Positions 13,962 to 27,745 of a stretch of 64,000 nucleotides of DNA are shown here, one piece after another. The DNA lies in NCBI RefSeq assembly GCF_037042905.1, contig NC_087245.1, forward strand, positions 28,956,001 to 29,020,000. The letters are read 5' to 3'. Made by a program: the position numbers and the translations under genes. This DNA comes from Lytechinus pictus. Its lineage: Eukaryota. The notes under the pieces are model-generated. The model searched no databases. It had not been told where the DNA came from and saw nothing but the letters and a program-made list of their open reading frames with translations. Each line of letters begins with the position of its first letter. The first letter of the stretch is position 1.

Positions 13962-15392
13962 GTCAACGGATTTGTAGTGATTGTCTCCGTCAATAAGGGG
14001 CTGCGCGGAAGGGGGGATTGGCTTTTCCCCCAAAAAACGTAAAAGAGGCCATCTGAGTGATTTTTGCATGGTCAGCCCCTCCCCCCAGTTTAAAGACCGT
14101 ACGTTCCTCGGGATCCTAGGCCCCTGTCAATTGTGTTTCGATAGAATTCAACTATTAATTGTTTCTTCAGATTGACAATCAAACACCAGTGGTGTTATGC
14201 CAGACAACCTTCCCCCCAAAGAGAATAATAAAATAAATAATGAAAAAATAAATGAATATATAAAACACAAAAATATAAATAAATTAATAAATGAATAAAT
14301 TAAACAAATAAATGAATAAATAAGTAAATAAATAAATAAATTAATTAATAAAAAAATAAGATAAAATGAAATAAATAAGATAAAATAAAATAAAACAAAA
14401 ATCGAGGGGGTCGTGCAGACATGCCTTATGAGGCAGGATATTTTGTGAAAGCTGTAAGCGGACCGAGATACAAAAAATAATTGTGTGGTAGATTATTGTG
14501 TACTATTAAAAAAATATTATGTTTCTCCTTTTTCCCCTATATAGTTTTTTTTCCTTTTAATAGTGAAACTATTTTGTGGGGGCTACCCTCCTCCGTCTGC
14601 ATGCCAGTGCAGTTAACACTAACCCACTAAAATTGTGATAAATCGATGCTTGGTCGTTTGTAATGGCAATCATCAAGTGCCTTCATCATAATAGTCCAGG
14701 AAAAATTGCTATATATTTTTTTTTCACCGCAAGCATTTCCATGAAGTCCGCAAAATGACAAACTAAAAGTCAAGAAAAATCCGTGGACTGGAAAGACGTC
14801 TAATTTGCATAAATCGATAATGACGGCCATCGTAAGAATTTTTCATGATTAGTAGTACAAACACTGGTCTGGTCATAGCACTTTTAAAAATCATGATTAA
14901 AGCATTAAACTTTCACCTGGAAATATCAGAAAATTTGTGTTTTACATCATTAGTTCATGATAAATATTGTTATAACGCACAAAAAAAGTTATTTAATAAT
15001 GACTTTACAGGTATCCTGATATTCTAGAGAGAATTTGTGTATTATAAGATTTGACCTTTGACCCTGGATAGCTGGCATAGGTCATTGACCTTAACATTTT
15101 AGAATATTGACGCTAAGCATCACTGATTTACGATAAAGAGGCCTCTCGTGTAAAAATTGCAATACAATTTATTTCAGCACAATGCATTTCCATGAAGTCC
15201 CGAATTAAGTCATAATAAAAGTCCAAAAAAACATGTAATGGAAAGACGTCTAATTTGCATATAAATTTTTCATGATTATTGGTAATATCACAAACACTGG
15301 TCTGATCATAGCACTTTTGAAAATTATGATTAAAGCATTAACCTTTCACCAGTATTATTCAATAGAATTGAAAGTATTATAGGCAGAGACTT

Positions 15393-18300
15393 ATCATCAT
15401 CATCATCATCATCATCATCATCTGCTGTAATCTTCAAAGGGCTCTGCAGCCTATCACGAAGATGAATCATAATTGCCATTACAATAAAAAGATACCATAG
15501 GATGTAAGAAAATATAGCAACAGTATCCAATCTTTGTCTGTGATCATCATATCGATAATGACGATTAAGAAGATAATGATAATAATAATGACAATGATGA
15601 CGGTGATCATCATCGTCGTCGTCTTTATCATCATCATCATCATTATCATTATCACGATCATCATTATCATCACCATCATCACCATTATTGTCATCATTAT
15701 CATCTTCATCATCATCATCATCATCATTATCATCATTACCACTACCACCATCATTATCAACATCATTATTATCATCTTCATCATCATCAACATCATCACC
15801 ATCATCATCATCATCTTTATCATTATCATCATCCTCATCAATCACATCATTATCACCATCATTGTCATCATTATTATCATCTTCATCATCACCATTATCC
15901 TTACTATTATCATCATTATCACTACCACCATCATTATCAACATCATCTCACAATCATCAGCATCATTTTATCATCATCATCATCTTTATCATCATCATCG
16001 TCACCATCATCGTCATCATCATCATCATCATCATCATCATCACCATCATCTTTATCATTATCATCATCATCCTCATCAATCACATCATCATCACCAATGT
16101 CATCATCATTATTTTCATCATCATCATCACCATCATCATTACTATTATCATCATTATCACTATCATCACCATCATCATCATCGTTATCATCATCATAATC
16201 ATTACCACTTCCACCATCATTATCATCAACATCATCATTATCATCACCATCATCAGTATAATCAGCATCATTTTTATCATCACTATCATCATCATCATCA
16301 CCACCACCACTTTTATCATAATCATTATCTTCATCACCATAGTCATCATAATCATCTTCATCACTACCATCTTCATATCATAATCATAATCATTATCATC
16401 ATCAGCAACAGCAGTAGCATTGTCATAATCATCATCATCATCATCACTATCATTATCATCATCATCATTGTCATCATCATTATTTTTATCATCATCATCA
16501 CCATCATCATTACTATTATCATCATTATCACTATAACCATCACCATTATCATCGTTGTTATCATCATAATAATCATTACCACTACCACCATCATTATCAT
16601 CAACATCATCATTATCATCACCATCATCTCACCATCATCAATATAATCAGCATCATTTTTATCATCACTATCATCATCATCATCATCATCCTCCTCATCA
16701 CCATCATCTTTATCATTATCATCATCATCCTCATCAATCACATCATCATCACCATCATTGTCATCATCATTATTTTCATCATCATCATCACCATCATCAC
16801 TATCACCATCACCATCATCATCGTTATCATCATTATTACCACTACCACCATCATTATTATCAACATCATCATTATCATCACCATCATCAATATAATCAGC
16901 ATCATTTTTATCATCACTATCATCATCATCATCACCACTTTGATCATAATCATTATCATCTTCATCATCATTATCACCATATTCATCATAATCGTTTTCA
17001 TCACTACCATCTTCATATCATAATCATTATCATCATCAGCATCAGCAGTAGCATTGTCATAATCATCATCGTGATTATCATCTTCATCATTATCCTCCTC
17101 CTCCTCATCATCATCATCACCATCATTATCATCATCATCATCATCATTATCCTCATCATTATCCTTATCATCCTTATCATCATCACCATCATCTTTATCA
17201 TTATCATCATCATCCTCATCAATCACATCATCATCACCATCATTGTCATCATCATTATTTTCATCATCATCACCATCAACATTACTATTATCATCATTAT
17301 CATTATCACCATCATCATTATCATCATCATTACCACTTCCACCATCATTATCATCACCATCATCTCACCATCATCAGTATAATCAGCATCATTTTTATCA
17401 TCCATATCATCATCATCACCACCACCACTTTCATTATAATCATTATCATCTTCATCATCATTATCACCATAGTCATCATAATCATCTTCATCACTACCAT
17501 CTTCATATCATAATCATCATCAGCAGCAGCAGTAGCATTGTCATAATCATCATCATCATCATCACCATCATTATCATCATCATCATCATCATCGTTATCA
17601 TCATTATTTTCATCATCATCATCACCGTCATTATCACTATCACCATCATTATCATCATCATCATCATTATCCTCATCATATCCTTATCATCATCATCATC
17701 ACCATCATCTTTATCATTATCATCATCATCCTCATCAATCACATCATCATCACCATCATTGTCATCATCATTATTTTCATCATCATCACCATCAACATTA
17801 CTATTATCATCATTATCATTATCACTATCACCATCATCATTATCATCATCATTACCACTTCCACCATCATTATCATCACCATCATCAGTATAATCAGCAT
17901 CATTTTTATCATCCCTATCATCATCATCATCATCACCACCACCACTTTCATCATAATCATTATCATCTTCATCATCATTATCACCATAGTCATCATAATC
18001 ATCTTCATCACTACCATCTTCATATCATAATCATCATCAGCAGCAGCAGTAGCATTGTCATAATCATCATCATCACCATCATTATCATTATCATCATCAT
18101 CATCATTATTTTCATCATCATCACCGTCATCATTACTATTATCATCATTATCACTATCACCATCACCATTATCATTGTTGTTATCATCATCATAATTATT
18201 ACCACTACCACCATCATTATCATCAACATCACCATCATCTCACCATCATTAAAGGAGAATGAAACTCTTGGAGCAATTTAGCTTTTGTAAAAGCAGAAAA

Positions 18301-20180
18301 ATCAAAGAATAAGATCAACAAAAGTTTGAGTAAAATAGGACTACCAATAGAAGAGTTATGAGCATTTGAATGTCGAGATCACTAATGCTATGGAGATCCT
18401 CCCATTGGCAATGCGACCAAGATCATTGATGTCACAGATGAACAACTCTCCCCTTTTGGACACTGAAAATATACCCCAAAACATCTTTTTTTGCTCATTC
18501 TAATCATATGACAAACGATTCATCAATGATATAATGTTGTGAAACCTCTGTACTTGTCCTCTCATAAAGAGAACACCTCACCTTGTGATAGACTCTATAA
18601 AAGTGAGAATATAAGTGAAATAAGTACTTAAGTAATGAGGGAGTTGTATGTGTGTGACATCACAGATCCTGGTCGCATTGCCAATGGGAGGATCTACATG
18701 GCATTAGTGATCTCAATATTTAAATGCTCATAACTTTCTTATTATTCATTCAATCTTCCTCAAACTGTCAACAATATGTTTCTTTGATTTTTCTCTTTGA
18801 TATGGATTCAGCTGGTTTCAAGGGTTTCATTCTCCTTTAATATAATCAGCATCATTTTTATCATCACCATCATCATCATCATTACCATCATCATCAGCAG
18901 CAGCATTGTCATAATCATCATGATGATCATCATCATCTTTATCCTCCTCCTCATCATCATGAGCACCATCATTATCATCATCATCATCATTATCCTCATC
19001 ATCATCATCATCACCATCATCTTTATCATTATCATCATCATCCTCATCAATCACATCATCATCACCATCATTGTCATCATCATTATTTTCATCATCATCA
19101 TCATTACTATTACCATCATTATCACTATCACCATCATAATCATCATCGTTATCATCATCATAATCATTACCACTTCCACCATCATTATCATCAACATCAC
19201 ATTATCATCACCATCATCAGTATGATCAGCATCATTTTTATCATCACTATCATCATCATCACCACCACTTTCATCATAATCATTTCATCTTCATCATTAT
19301 CACCATAGTCATCATAATCATCTTCATCACTACCATCTTCATATCATAATCATCATCAGCAGCAGCAGCAGCATTGTCATAATCATCATCATGATCATCA
19401 TCATCTTCATCATTGTCCTCATCGTCATCATCATTATTTTCATCATCATCATTACTATTATCATCATTATCACTATCACCATCACCATTATCATTGTTGT
19501 TATCATCATCATAATCATTACCACTACCACCATCATTATCATCAACATCACCATCATCTCACCATCATTAATATAATCAGCATCATTTTTATCATCACTA
19601 TCATCATCATCATCATTACCATCATCATCAGCAGCAGCATTGTCATAATCATCATGATGATCATCATCATCTTTATCCTCCTCCTCATCATCATGATCAC
19701 AATCATTATCATCATCATCATCATCCTCATCATCCTCATCATCATCATCATCACCATCATCTTTATCATTATCATCCTCATCAATCACATCATCATCACC
19801 ATCATTGTCATCATCATTATTTTCATCATCATCATCATCATTACTATTACCATCATTATCACTATCACCATCATAATCATCATCGTTATCATCATCATAA
19901 TCATTACCACTTCCACCATCATTATCATCAACATCACATTATCATCACCATCATCAGTATGATCAGCATCATTTTTATCATCACTATCATCATCATCACC
20001 ACCACTTTCATCATAATCATTTCATCTTCATCATTATCACCATAGTCATCATAATCATCTTCATCACTACCATCTTCATAATCATCATCATGATCATCAT
20101 CTTCATCATTGTCCTCATCATCATCATCATCACCATCATTATCATCATTATCATTATCCTCATCATCATCATCATCATTA
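15393..20180. repeat. Degenerate (CAT/ATC)n trinucleotide array with higher-order duplication units
   Basis: Marker CCTCATCAATCACATCAT recurs at 15833, 16071, 16729, 17214, 17730, 19042 and 19776. Confidence 0.95.
18253..18836. mobile_element. Kolobok-type MITE, TTAA TSD, AG termini
   Basis: TTAA|AGGAGAATGAAAC...GTTTCATTCTCCT|TTAA; long internal inverted repeats at about 18375-18435 and 18654-18714; empty site in a sister repeat at 19568. Confidence 0.9.
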
Positions 20181-20332
20181 TCCCATAAGTGAGGGTCAGG
20201 CCTTCTTGTCACTCTTCTCCATGCTTGCTATTAAACCATTCCCAATTCGAAACCCACTCCATTTCCTTGCTACTTGATGCCATCCATTTGTCTTTTCCTT
20301 CTGGTTCCTTTTCCAACTCCCCTGTGTTCTAA

Positions 20333-20737
20333 AATGGTAAATTGCCGATTTGTCCACTGGCAACTCGTCCACTCACCACATGGTCTACCTTCATTTAGTG
20401 TAATGCCATTCCGTCCCTTAACATTTCCTCTAACAATCATCTGGTCCATTCATCACTTTGTCTAATCATCATTTTGTCTTTTACCATTTCGTCTAATAAC
20501 CAGTTGGTCTAATAACCAGTTGGTCTAATACCCATTTTCTTTTCATTCACTTTGCACAATTAATACTTTAGTTTAATTAGACCAAATGGTATATGGACCA
20601 ACTGGTTATTTGACGTAATGGCATTAGACTAAATGAAAGTAGATCATGTGGTGAGTAGACGAACTGATGATGGACCAAACGTTAGTACATGAGTTGGCAA
20701 CTGGACGAATTGGCATTAGACGAATTGGAAATAAACC
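20333..20737. mobile_element. MITE with internally repetitive inverted arms
   Basis: CAACTCGTCCACTCACCACATG and related motifs on the left; inverse GTAGACGAA/GGACGAATTGG motifs on the right. Confidence 0.5.
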
Positions 20738-21097
20738 TTCTCAAACCCATTAGATCAAGTCTTCCACTTGACTTCTCTTCATATGCCCATAGATGGATGA
20801 GTCTTCTTTATTTTCTCTCTAATCCCTTTCACACTTTACTTCATTCTGCAATCCTTATCAATTGAAATATAGGTAGCTACAGGTAATCTGGGGTCGGTTT
20901 CATCTTGGACCTTCTGGTTAAAAAAAAACTTGATACAATAACAAATTTGCATAAGTTTAAAGGTACTGAAATCATCAAATTTGATTGGCTTATACTATAG
21001 TAAACTTGTTATAGAACTTAAGCAATTTTTGTCATAACAAGTCATTTTGGTATGGGACCCTGGATTCTTTACAATTTACTGATATAAGCTGGAAATT

Positions 21098-21242
21098 AGG
21101 ACTTAATTCACAAAGGTGGTTTCAATTGTACCCTGCTACAAAACCATGGACTATTCATTTTTTTCTTACTTTTTAACAAATCAGCATAGTCCTTGGCTTT
21201 GCACCATGGTACAATTGAAATCACCTTTGTGAATTTGGGCCT
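21098..21242. mobile_element. Short Harbinger-type MITE
   Basis: About 35-bp imperfect TIR AATTCACAAAGGTG(G/A)TTTCAATTGTACC. Confidence 0.6.
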
Positions 21243-22887
21243 TCAAGTCTAAATAATATTTTTAACAAGTGAAAGAAACAATGAAACAGACAATTCACCT
21301 GACTGAACTTCTCCTGATTTGTCATTTATTTCCAGTTTGGATTTTAAAAAAGTACACAAAATAAATTTAAAATGACAGTCAAGTATAGATTGCCTTGAAT
21401 CATAGCAGGCAATGAGTTTTATATGATATATAAAAGTAGTTGTGTAGACACCACCAGTACACATAACCCTCAGTCACAAAAGGTGTATTCAGATTAACTC
21501 AATCACCAAAATACCTATACATTTTATGAGAAATTGTTTAGGAATCAAAATACCTGATAATTATTTTCCTCATTCACATGCAACTGAATAAGTAACAAAA
21601 AACCCACTTACACCATATTGGTTTTCAAAGTTACAAGCATGTGCAGTATAATTATGCAAACAAGTACATGTAGGCCTAACCCAATTAGCACTCTTTGGTG
21701 CTTATATTATAAGGCCCATATTCTCAGTGAGATTGGGAATATTCAAATTTATTTTATTCATTTCACATCTCTTATAAACAGGATACAATACATTGAGATT
21801 TCAATAAAGTCAAACAACAATGACAATTGTAAAAAAAAAAAAAAAAAAAAACAATGAAACATACGTAAGTAATGAATGGGGTGTGAGGGAATAGCGAAAA
21901 GCCACTGGCCTATCAAGACAACTCCCCGATTTTACACTCGTTACTGATAATAAAACAAAACAAAATCTTCCCATCAACTTTTGAGATTGCAAGAAACAAA
22001 GATCGAGAAATCAAACCAAATCAGCAAATATGTTTTTGCTTTCACCTGTGTAATGGTCGGTTTCTTACTTTCTTTGCATTCCTTTAGCTTTATTTGCACC
22101 TCATACATTCACATGTTTCTTGGAAACTAATTAAGAAAATATATTATGCTGCATGTAAATCGAATTTCGTGACAATGACTTCTACAAGATTACTTGTTGC
22201 TTGTTCTTGACCAATGGATATGCGTACAACAGGCACAGTGGTACATCCAGTTTTATTTAGGGTAACTGGGGGCAATATGAATCCTTGGGGACTTCCTCAA
22301 GTAGTAGCAGGGTCTGAATTGTATGAGGATGTAAATCGAATGATTCCTGATAGGAACACTATTATAATGCTGATGAATCTTGATTTTCTATTGGGCATAG
22401 GACAGAGAAGACCCTTGCAAAGAAAGGAAAAAGTGCTGAGGGAACTCTGACTCTATTTGCATCAAACTAGTATAAACCTTCTTTTTTTTTTTTTTTCTTT
22501 TTTTTTTTTGGGGGGGGGGCTAAGTGGCCCTCTGTATTTTGGTCACTGCAATATGCTGGATATTCTTAGTATTCAAATGTAATCCCCCACCCCCCCTTCC
22601 CTCCAGGCATGCTGCATATCACTTATCAGATTGCTACATGTAAATACATTCTGTTTTCCTGTATATGATTGATAACAGAGAAGGGAAAGAGAGTTGACCT
22701 AGTACGAGCTGTCACAGAATCTCTATACAGTAATTAAATCTTAAATAATTTTCCATACTGTGTACATAAATGACTTAAGCATTTTCATGGATTTAAAAAA
22801 ATGAGAAAATCCCTATGGTGACTATATATTTTTGAAAAAGTTTTGAAATAATTGCCACCCTTATGGGGATGACAGTTTTCATTCCAG

Positions 22888-23727
22888 AGGCCCGTCTCAT
22901 AAAACATTTGTCACAGTGGCAACTCCCATTTTCAGCGTCAAATCTTTGTTTCTGCGGCAAATATAAAAACAGCTGCATCAAATATTGCCATAGCAAAAAC
23001 ACAGCTGTTTCACTATTAAAGAAAATGGCTGCACTGTTGGCTAGTATTATTGAAGAGGAAGAGCAGCGTCCCCGGGGTCGCCCTAGAGTTTTCAGGGACA
23101 GAGCAAACCTCCTAGACATGTATAACGATGACGAGATGTTTAAAAAACATCGATTCCGGAGAGATGGCATCATTGGCATTTGGCCATTTTCAAAAAAATG
23201 GCTGCACTGTTGGCTAGTATTATCAAAGTCGAAGAGCAGCGTCCCCGGGGTCGCCCTAGAGTTTTCAGGGACAGAGCAAACCTCCTAGACATGTATAACG
23301 ATGACGAGATGTTTAAAAAACATCGATTCCGGAGAGATGGCATCATTGGCATTTGGCCATTTTCAAAAAAATGGCTGCACTGTTGGCTAGTATTATCGAA
23401 GAGGAGGAGCAGCGTCCCCGGGGTCGCCCTAGAGTTTTCAGGGACATAGCAAACCTCCTAGACATGTATAACCATGATGAGATGTTTAAAAAACATCGAG
23501 TCAGGAGAGATGGCATCATTGCAATAATCAGCAAATTAGAAGATATCATTCGGCCAAAATCGAAGAGAAACAGGGCAATTCCACCTGCCCTGCAGGTTTT
23601 CATCGCCCTGCGATTTTTCGCCACAGGGTCTGTTATTGACAGCAGTACCAACAACCATGGAGTAAGCAGGGCAACAACCTGCCGAGTGATACACTGTGTG
23701 GCAGAGGCTTTGTACAGCATTAAGCAT
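22888..23727 (+). mobile_element. PIF/Harbinger left end and HARBI1-like transposase N-terminus; 5' 173 bp triplicated; truncated before the DDE core
   Basis: RPRVFRDRANLLDMYNDDEMFKKHRFRRDGII..RNRAIPPALQVFIALRFFATGS..GVSRATTCRVIHCV; ATGs at 23025, 23198 and 23371; AGGCCCGTCTCATAAAAC terminus. Confidence 0.85.
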
Positions 23728-23905
23728 GAGACAGATGAATGTATCAGCATTCTTGGAAGTGCTAAGAGACAGGCCAGAGCATCATGTTGAAAAGTGCAAG
23801 CAATTTGGGTGCACACACGAGGTCATATTTGAGGTATTCCTGTGCTACAAGCACTTCATGGATGACGACCCATGCTCGCATGCTACGCAGTTGCAGAGGC
23901 CGTAA
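23728..23905 (+). pseudogene. Unrelated coding fragment fused to the Harbinger piece, possibly a CxC/KDZ-associated protein end
   Basis: QMNVSAFLEVLRD..IFEVFLCYKHF; abrupt junction; family assignment is weak. Confidence 0.25.
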
Positions 23906-24689
23906 TAGAGAAGTTTCCTCCCGATCTCAATGTCATTCGGTCAAAAGATAGAGGTTATGAACCTCTCGAGAAAAAAATGCATTTGTTGAAATCAATGGAA
24001 ATTATAGTTTTATAGATGATAATTTTCTTCTGTCAATGTCATTTGAGGGTAGAAAGTTCGACGGTGCCTCCTCTTATGAGTTCAAATGTCTTTGGGAAGG
24101 CTCTGACGGCCTAAGTTGTTTAGAGCAGTAGTTTCCAGTCAGTTCTTTTCTGTGTATTGGGTTTGTTTTTCATTTGAATCAATACTGCTTCCACTCGAAC
24201 TACTGCTACCATCATCATCAACATCACAGTACCTTTTCCAGCTCCAACACTTGATACTGGTATAAATGTTGTGACACAATGCACAATAAAAATGTCTAAA
24301 GTGACCAATGCTTTCAACAGTAACAGGTGTGTACAATTCTTCGTCGGGCTCCTGCGGGGTTCTCACACTTGGTACGGATTATGCTATGGGCAAGGACATA
24401 GGAGGGGCACTTAGAAATCATCTGGTAGTGAGAAAAGATGGTAATATTGGCTCCATTATAGCTGTAATCAACACCAGAAACAATAACACATGAGAGATAC
24501 AGGGAAAAGTCATCTTCCCAAGCTATCCTCTCAGGTATGGATAGTGAGGATAAATGTCTTGTGTTTTCAGCGTTCTAGCAGCAGACATGTCTTCGGCATC
24601 CTTGCAACACTCATTATAAAGAAAACACTGGGAATTGCATTTACATGGGAGATCTTTCCAGCCATTTGAACACTAGAAAGGAAATGAAT

Positions 24690-25140
24690 CAGAACGAGAA
24701 ATAGATAACATGGATGACAATTGGCATGAAAATGACACTGGAGTGGGACACCTTCGAGGTATTCTTACACCCAACCAGCAGGGATGATTATGTAGAGCAA
24801 TCAGCCATTCCTTTTGTTGTAGATGGCCAATGCAAATTTTGGTTACCTTGCGATAAAGAAAGTATGATGACGGTGTCTAAAGATGGGAGACCATGGTGGA
24901 CGTGGGTTACCAGTTCACACAAAGATTTTGAAGGAATTCAGAGAACTGCTGCATGCCAAGGTTCTCCAATGTGCATAAATCCAGACTGTTCTTTGAATGG
25001 CCAGCACAACCGGGACAGTTTGAAAAAAAACAGAATCTAACTCCGGTGTGCAAACAAGAAGTGGTAACCGTAACGTCAATATGTCCAGAAGAATTTGTGG
25101 TCATGCACACATGAAAGCATACAGGAGTTGCAAGGAAGGT
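24690..25140 (+). pseudogene. GCM/WRKY-like zinc-binding domain fragment of transposon type
   Basis: IPFVVDG..KDGRPWWTWVTSSHKDFEGIQRTAACQGSPMCINPDC, then frameshifted PVCKQ..EFVVMHT*KHT. Confidence 0.5.
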
Positions 25141-25289
25141 AAAAAATCTACTAAGGATCCTGTAAAGATTTTGAAGGGATTCGGAGAACTGCTGCATGCC
25201 AAGGTTCTCCAATGTGCATAAATCCAGACTGTTCTTTGAATGGCCAGCACAACTGGGACAGTTTGAAAAAAAAAGGATCATTGAGTGCC

Positions 25290-25880
25290 GGAATTGAAAA
25301 GAAAAATGACAAAAATATCTCAAGGAAAACACGCTCAAACTACAAACTGTTGCACGATGAACTAGAGGACAATACTACCGTTCCTGCAGGCGTGGAGGTC
25401 CCTCCTCAGCCTGCTGGAAATGCAGGCGCACTCCCCTCTTCTGGGAAGGAACTAGCAGGCCTTCTTAAAGAGGCAACCAGTAACTTTGAGAAGATGATGG
25501 AGAAGGCGGTGAAGCGCTTAGTTGGCAGTGTCAAGAGAGTGGAGAGGGCCCTTGAGTTTGAGGGACTTCGCATTAATGACTTAGAAAAGAAAAATGCAGA
25601 ACTAGAGAGTCGCTTGGAGAAGATGGAAAAAACATATGAAACCCAAGTTCAGAAGGATCGATCTAGAGATTAACAAGGCAGAGCATCTTTTACGAAGAAA
25701 TAACTTTCGAGTTGTAGGAGTTGAGGAAGCCAAACGTGAAGAGGATTGTGTGAAAATCGTTGAGGATGTGCTGACAATGAAATTCCATTTGGCAGTCAAG
25801 GTGGAGAAAGCCACCAGGGCAGGAAAAAGGGGAGATAAACCACGCCATATCATTGTGAAATCATATGCCTATGATGATAA
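25290..25880 (+). mobile_element. LINE ORF1p fragment (coiled coil plus L1-type RRM), frameshifted
   Basis: ALEFEGLRINDLEKKNAELESRLEKME..RRNNFRVVGVEEAKREEDCVKIV..VEKATRAG..KPRHIIVK. Confidence 0.8.
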
Positions 25881-27006
25881 GGTAATGCACCTATCAATTG
25901 TATGACGCACCCCTCGACCCCCGGAAATGGTGGGTCACTTGTCAAACGTGATTAAAATTTGATTAAAATGAAGTGTAAATCTCGGTTTAGATCTAATCAT
26001 CTAAGCCCATCTACACACATGATTCTAGAGTCTATAGTACTAAGATCTAAGAGATCTAACGTTACATTAGATCATCTGATGTTAGACTAGATCTAATGTT
26101 ACATTACATGATGATGCTGATGTCGATGACAATGATGACTGCCACCGGTGCCTGGTGGTGATTTATTTAAACCGGACTGCTAAAAAGCATGAAAGAAAGC
26201 AAGCAACCAGGGGACAGACGGCTTAAGGTCCAACTCTCCAAAGGACCTGGTGTAATCAGTGTAACATACATTTGTGACGTACATGTAACATGAATTTCTT
26301 ATTATATTATAAGTCAAATATTCACTGTTTTGCGTCCAATTTAGAGGGGGAAAAATTACACTTTTCCTAATTCTAGAATCTACAAGAAGTGACAGCTACA
26401 TTTACATCGCTTTGAGATTGTTAAGATGGTACATGTATTAATTTTTTGTGGAATAGACTCTAGATCAAATTAGCTCTTTTGCACACTGGTTCTTTAATGT
26501 TATACTTTTCACATTTCAAATGGAAATCCTGCCATAGAAAAAAAACGTTTCTGTCATTTCAACAGGCAAACTCCGTGTGCAGATGACACCCGTTTGCACC
26601 AGGCAGATCCACCATGCCCAGGAGAAATAAATTATTGTGTCGAAAAAGGCTGACTGTATTTTGTTTAAGCTTTTAAAAATGTGTATCTATTCTTCGCTGT
26701 GTCTCTGACTCTCTATTCTACATGTATGTATGTTCAGTAAAAATATACAAAATTACCGCGTAATGAAATTTTCCATTAGAGTATAGAGGTTCGCAGCTGT
26801 ATAGTGGTAAAATTTGATTTAATTTTGCTCCTCGAATTGGCAACAATCCTAATTTTCTAATAACTTTCATACTTTGAAAAAATATGGATGGGTATAAGTT
26901 ATAACTTGAGATGATAAGAAATAATTTATGGCAGAATTACAACGAAAGGTTGCCATGGCCAATTTGCCTTTTTAAACAGTGATTTTTGTTGTTTTCACTG
27001 CGTTGC

Positions 27007-27463
27007 CAATTCTCGCTACCCCAAATAGCGATTTCGCCGAGATCCGGGAAAATCCCTGTAACGCGCATTGCATTATGGGATAGCTTTTCGGTATTACAAC
27101 TTCCTGATCGGAAGTCCGATGCACTGTTTTGCCATTCAGATCATGCACAACAACACAACGTCGCTTTCGCTCGGAAAGTTCGTGATCACAACCCTCTCTT
27201 TCACATTTTCATGTGAAATATATTTTTTATTTCTATTTATAATTCAAATGGAATCATAACTGACCAAATTAGATAAAAAGTATTATAATCTGTACATATT
27301 ACGCTGATTGGCATCGATTTCAGCGTGGTGGAAAACTCAGTATCGCGAACCTCGCGCGAGCATAACTCTGAACCGGAAGTGGTGATGACGACCCGACGAA
27401 GTGAAAATTATCTCGTCTCGCGCATTATGAGATTTTTGTTCCTATTTGGGGTAGCGAGAATTG
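27007..27463. mobile_element. 457-bp element with perfect 22-bp TIRs starting CA
   Basis: CAATTCTCGCTACCCCAAATAG at 27007-27028 and its inverse at 27442-27463; no TSD detected. Confidence 0.7.
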
Positions 27464-27745
27464 AAGTGAGTAATGTTATGCTGCGTAGACAAAAGTAAAA
27501 AGAGCTCTGAACAAGTGCAGCTGAATATATCCATATAAAAGCTGCACTATACAAATTAATGTTTATTATTATTATGGTCAATGGAAATGATCAAATGGCT
27601 GTTATTCAGGGAATAGTACCACCTAAGGCACTGAAAACCGTATCAAATTTGTTGATGCTAATTTTTTTAACCTCTCTTTTTTTTCTTTTCTTTGAATACA
27701 GTTTTCAATATACCATGGACCTACCAAGAGGAGGGATTGCCAACA

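Noticed and set aside
15330..20212. Long poly-His, poly-Ile, poly-Ser, poly-Asp and poly-Met ORFs, which could suggest metal-binding or biomineralisation proteins
   Set aside because: By-products of a (CAT)n repeat: open in several frames on both strands, frame-switching, no signal peptide, and split by a MITE
23025..23790. Domesticated HARBI1 host gene
   Set aside because: Truncated before the catalytic domain, frameshifted by the triplication, and preceded by a transposon terminus
24120..24600. Minus-strand coding-like block (MRTPQEPDEELY..) inside the mosaic
   Set aside because: No recognisable domain or exon boundaries; left unassigned, but it would weaken the strand-bias argument if it proved TE-derived
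26949..26963. Second X-box-like motif GTTGCCATGGCCAAT
   Set aside because: The right half-site is imperfect and it lies in transposon-derived context
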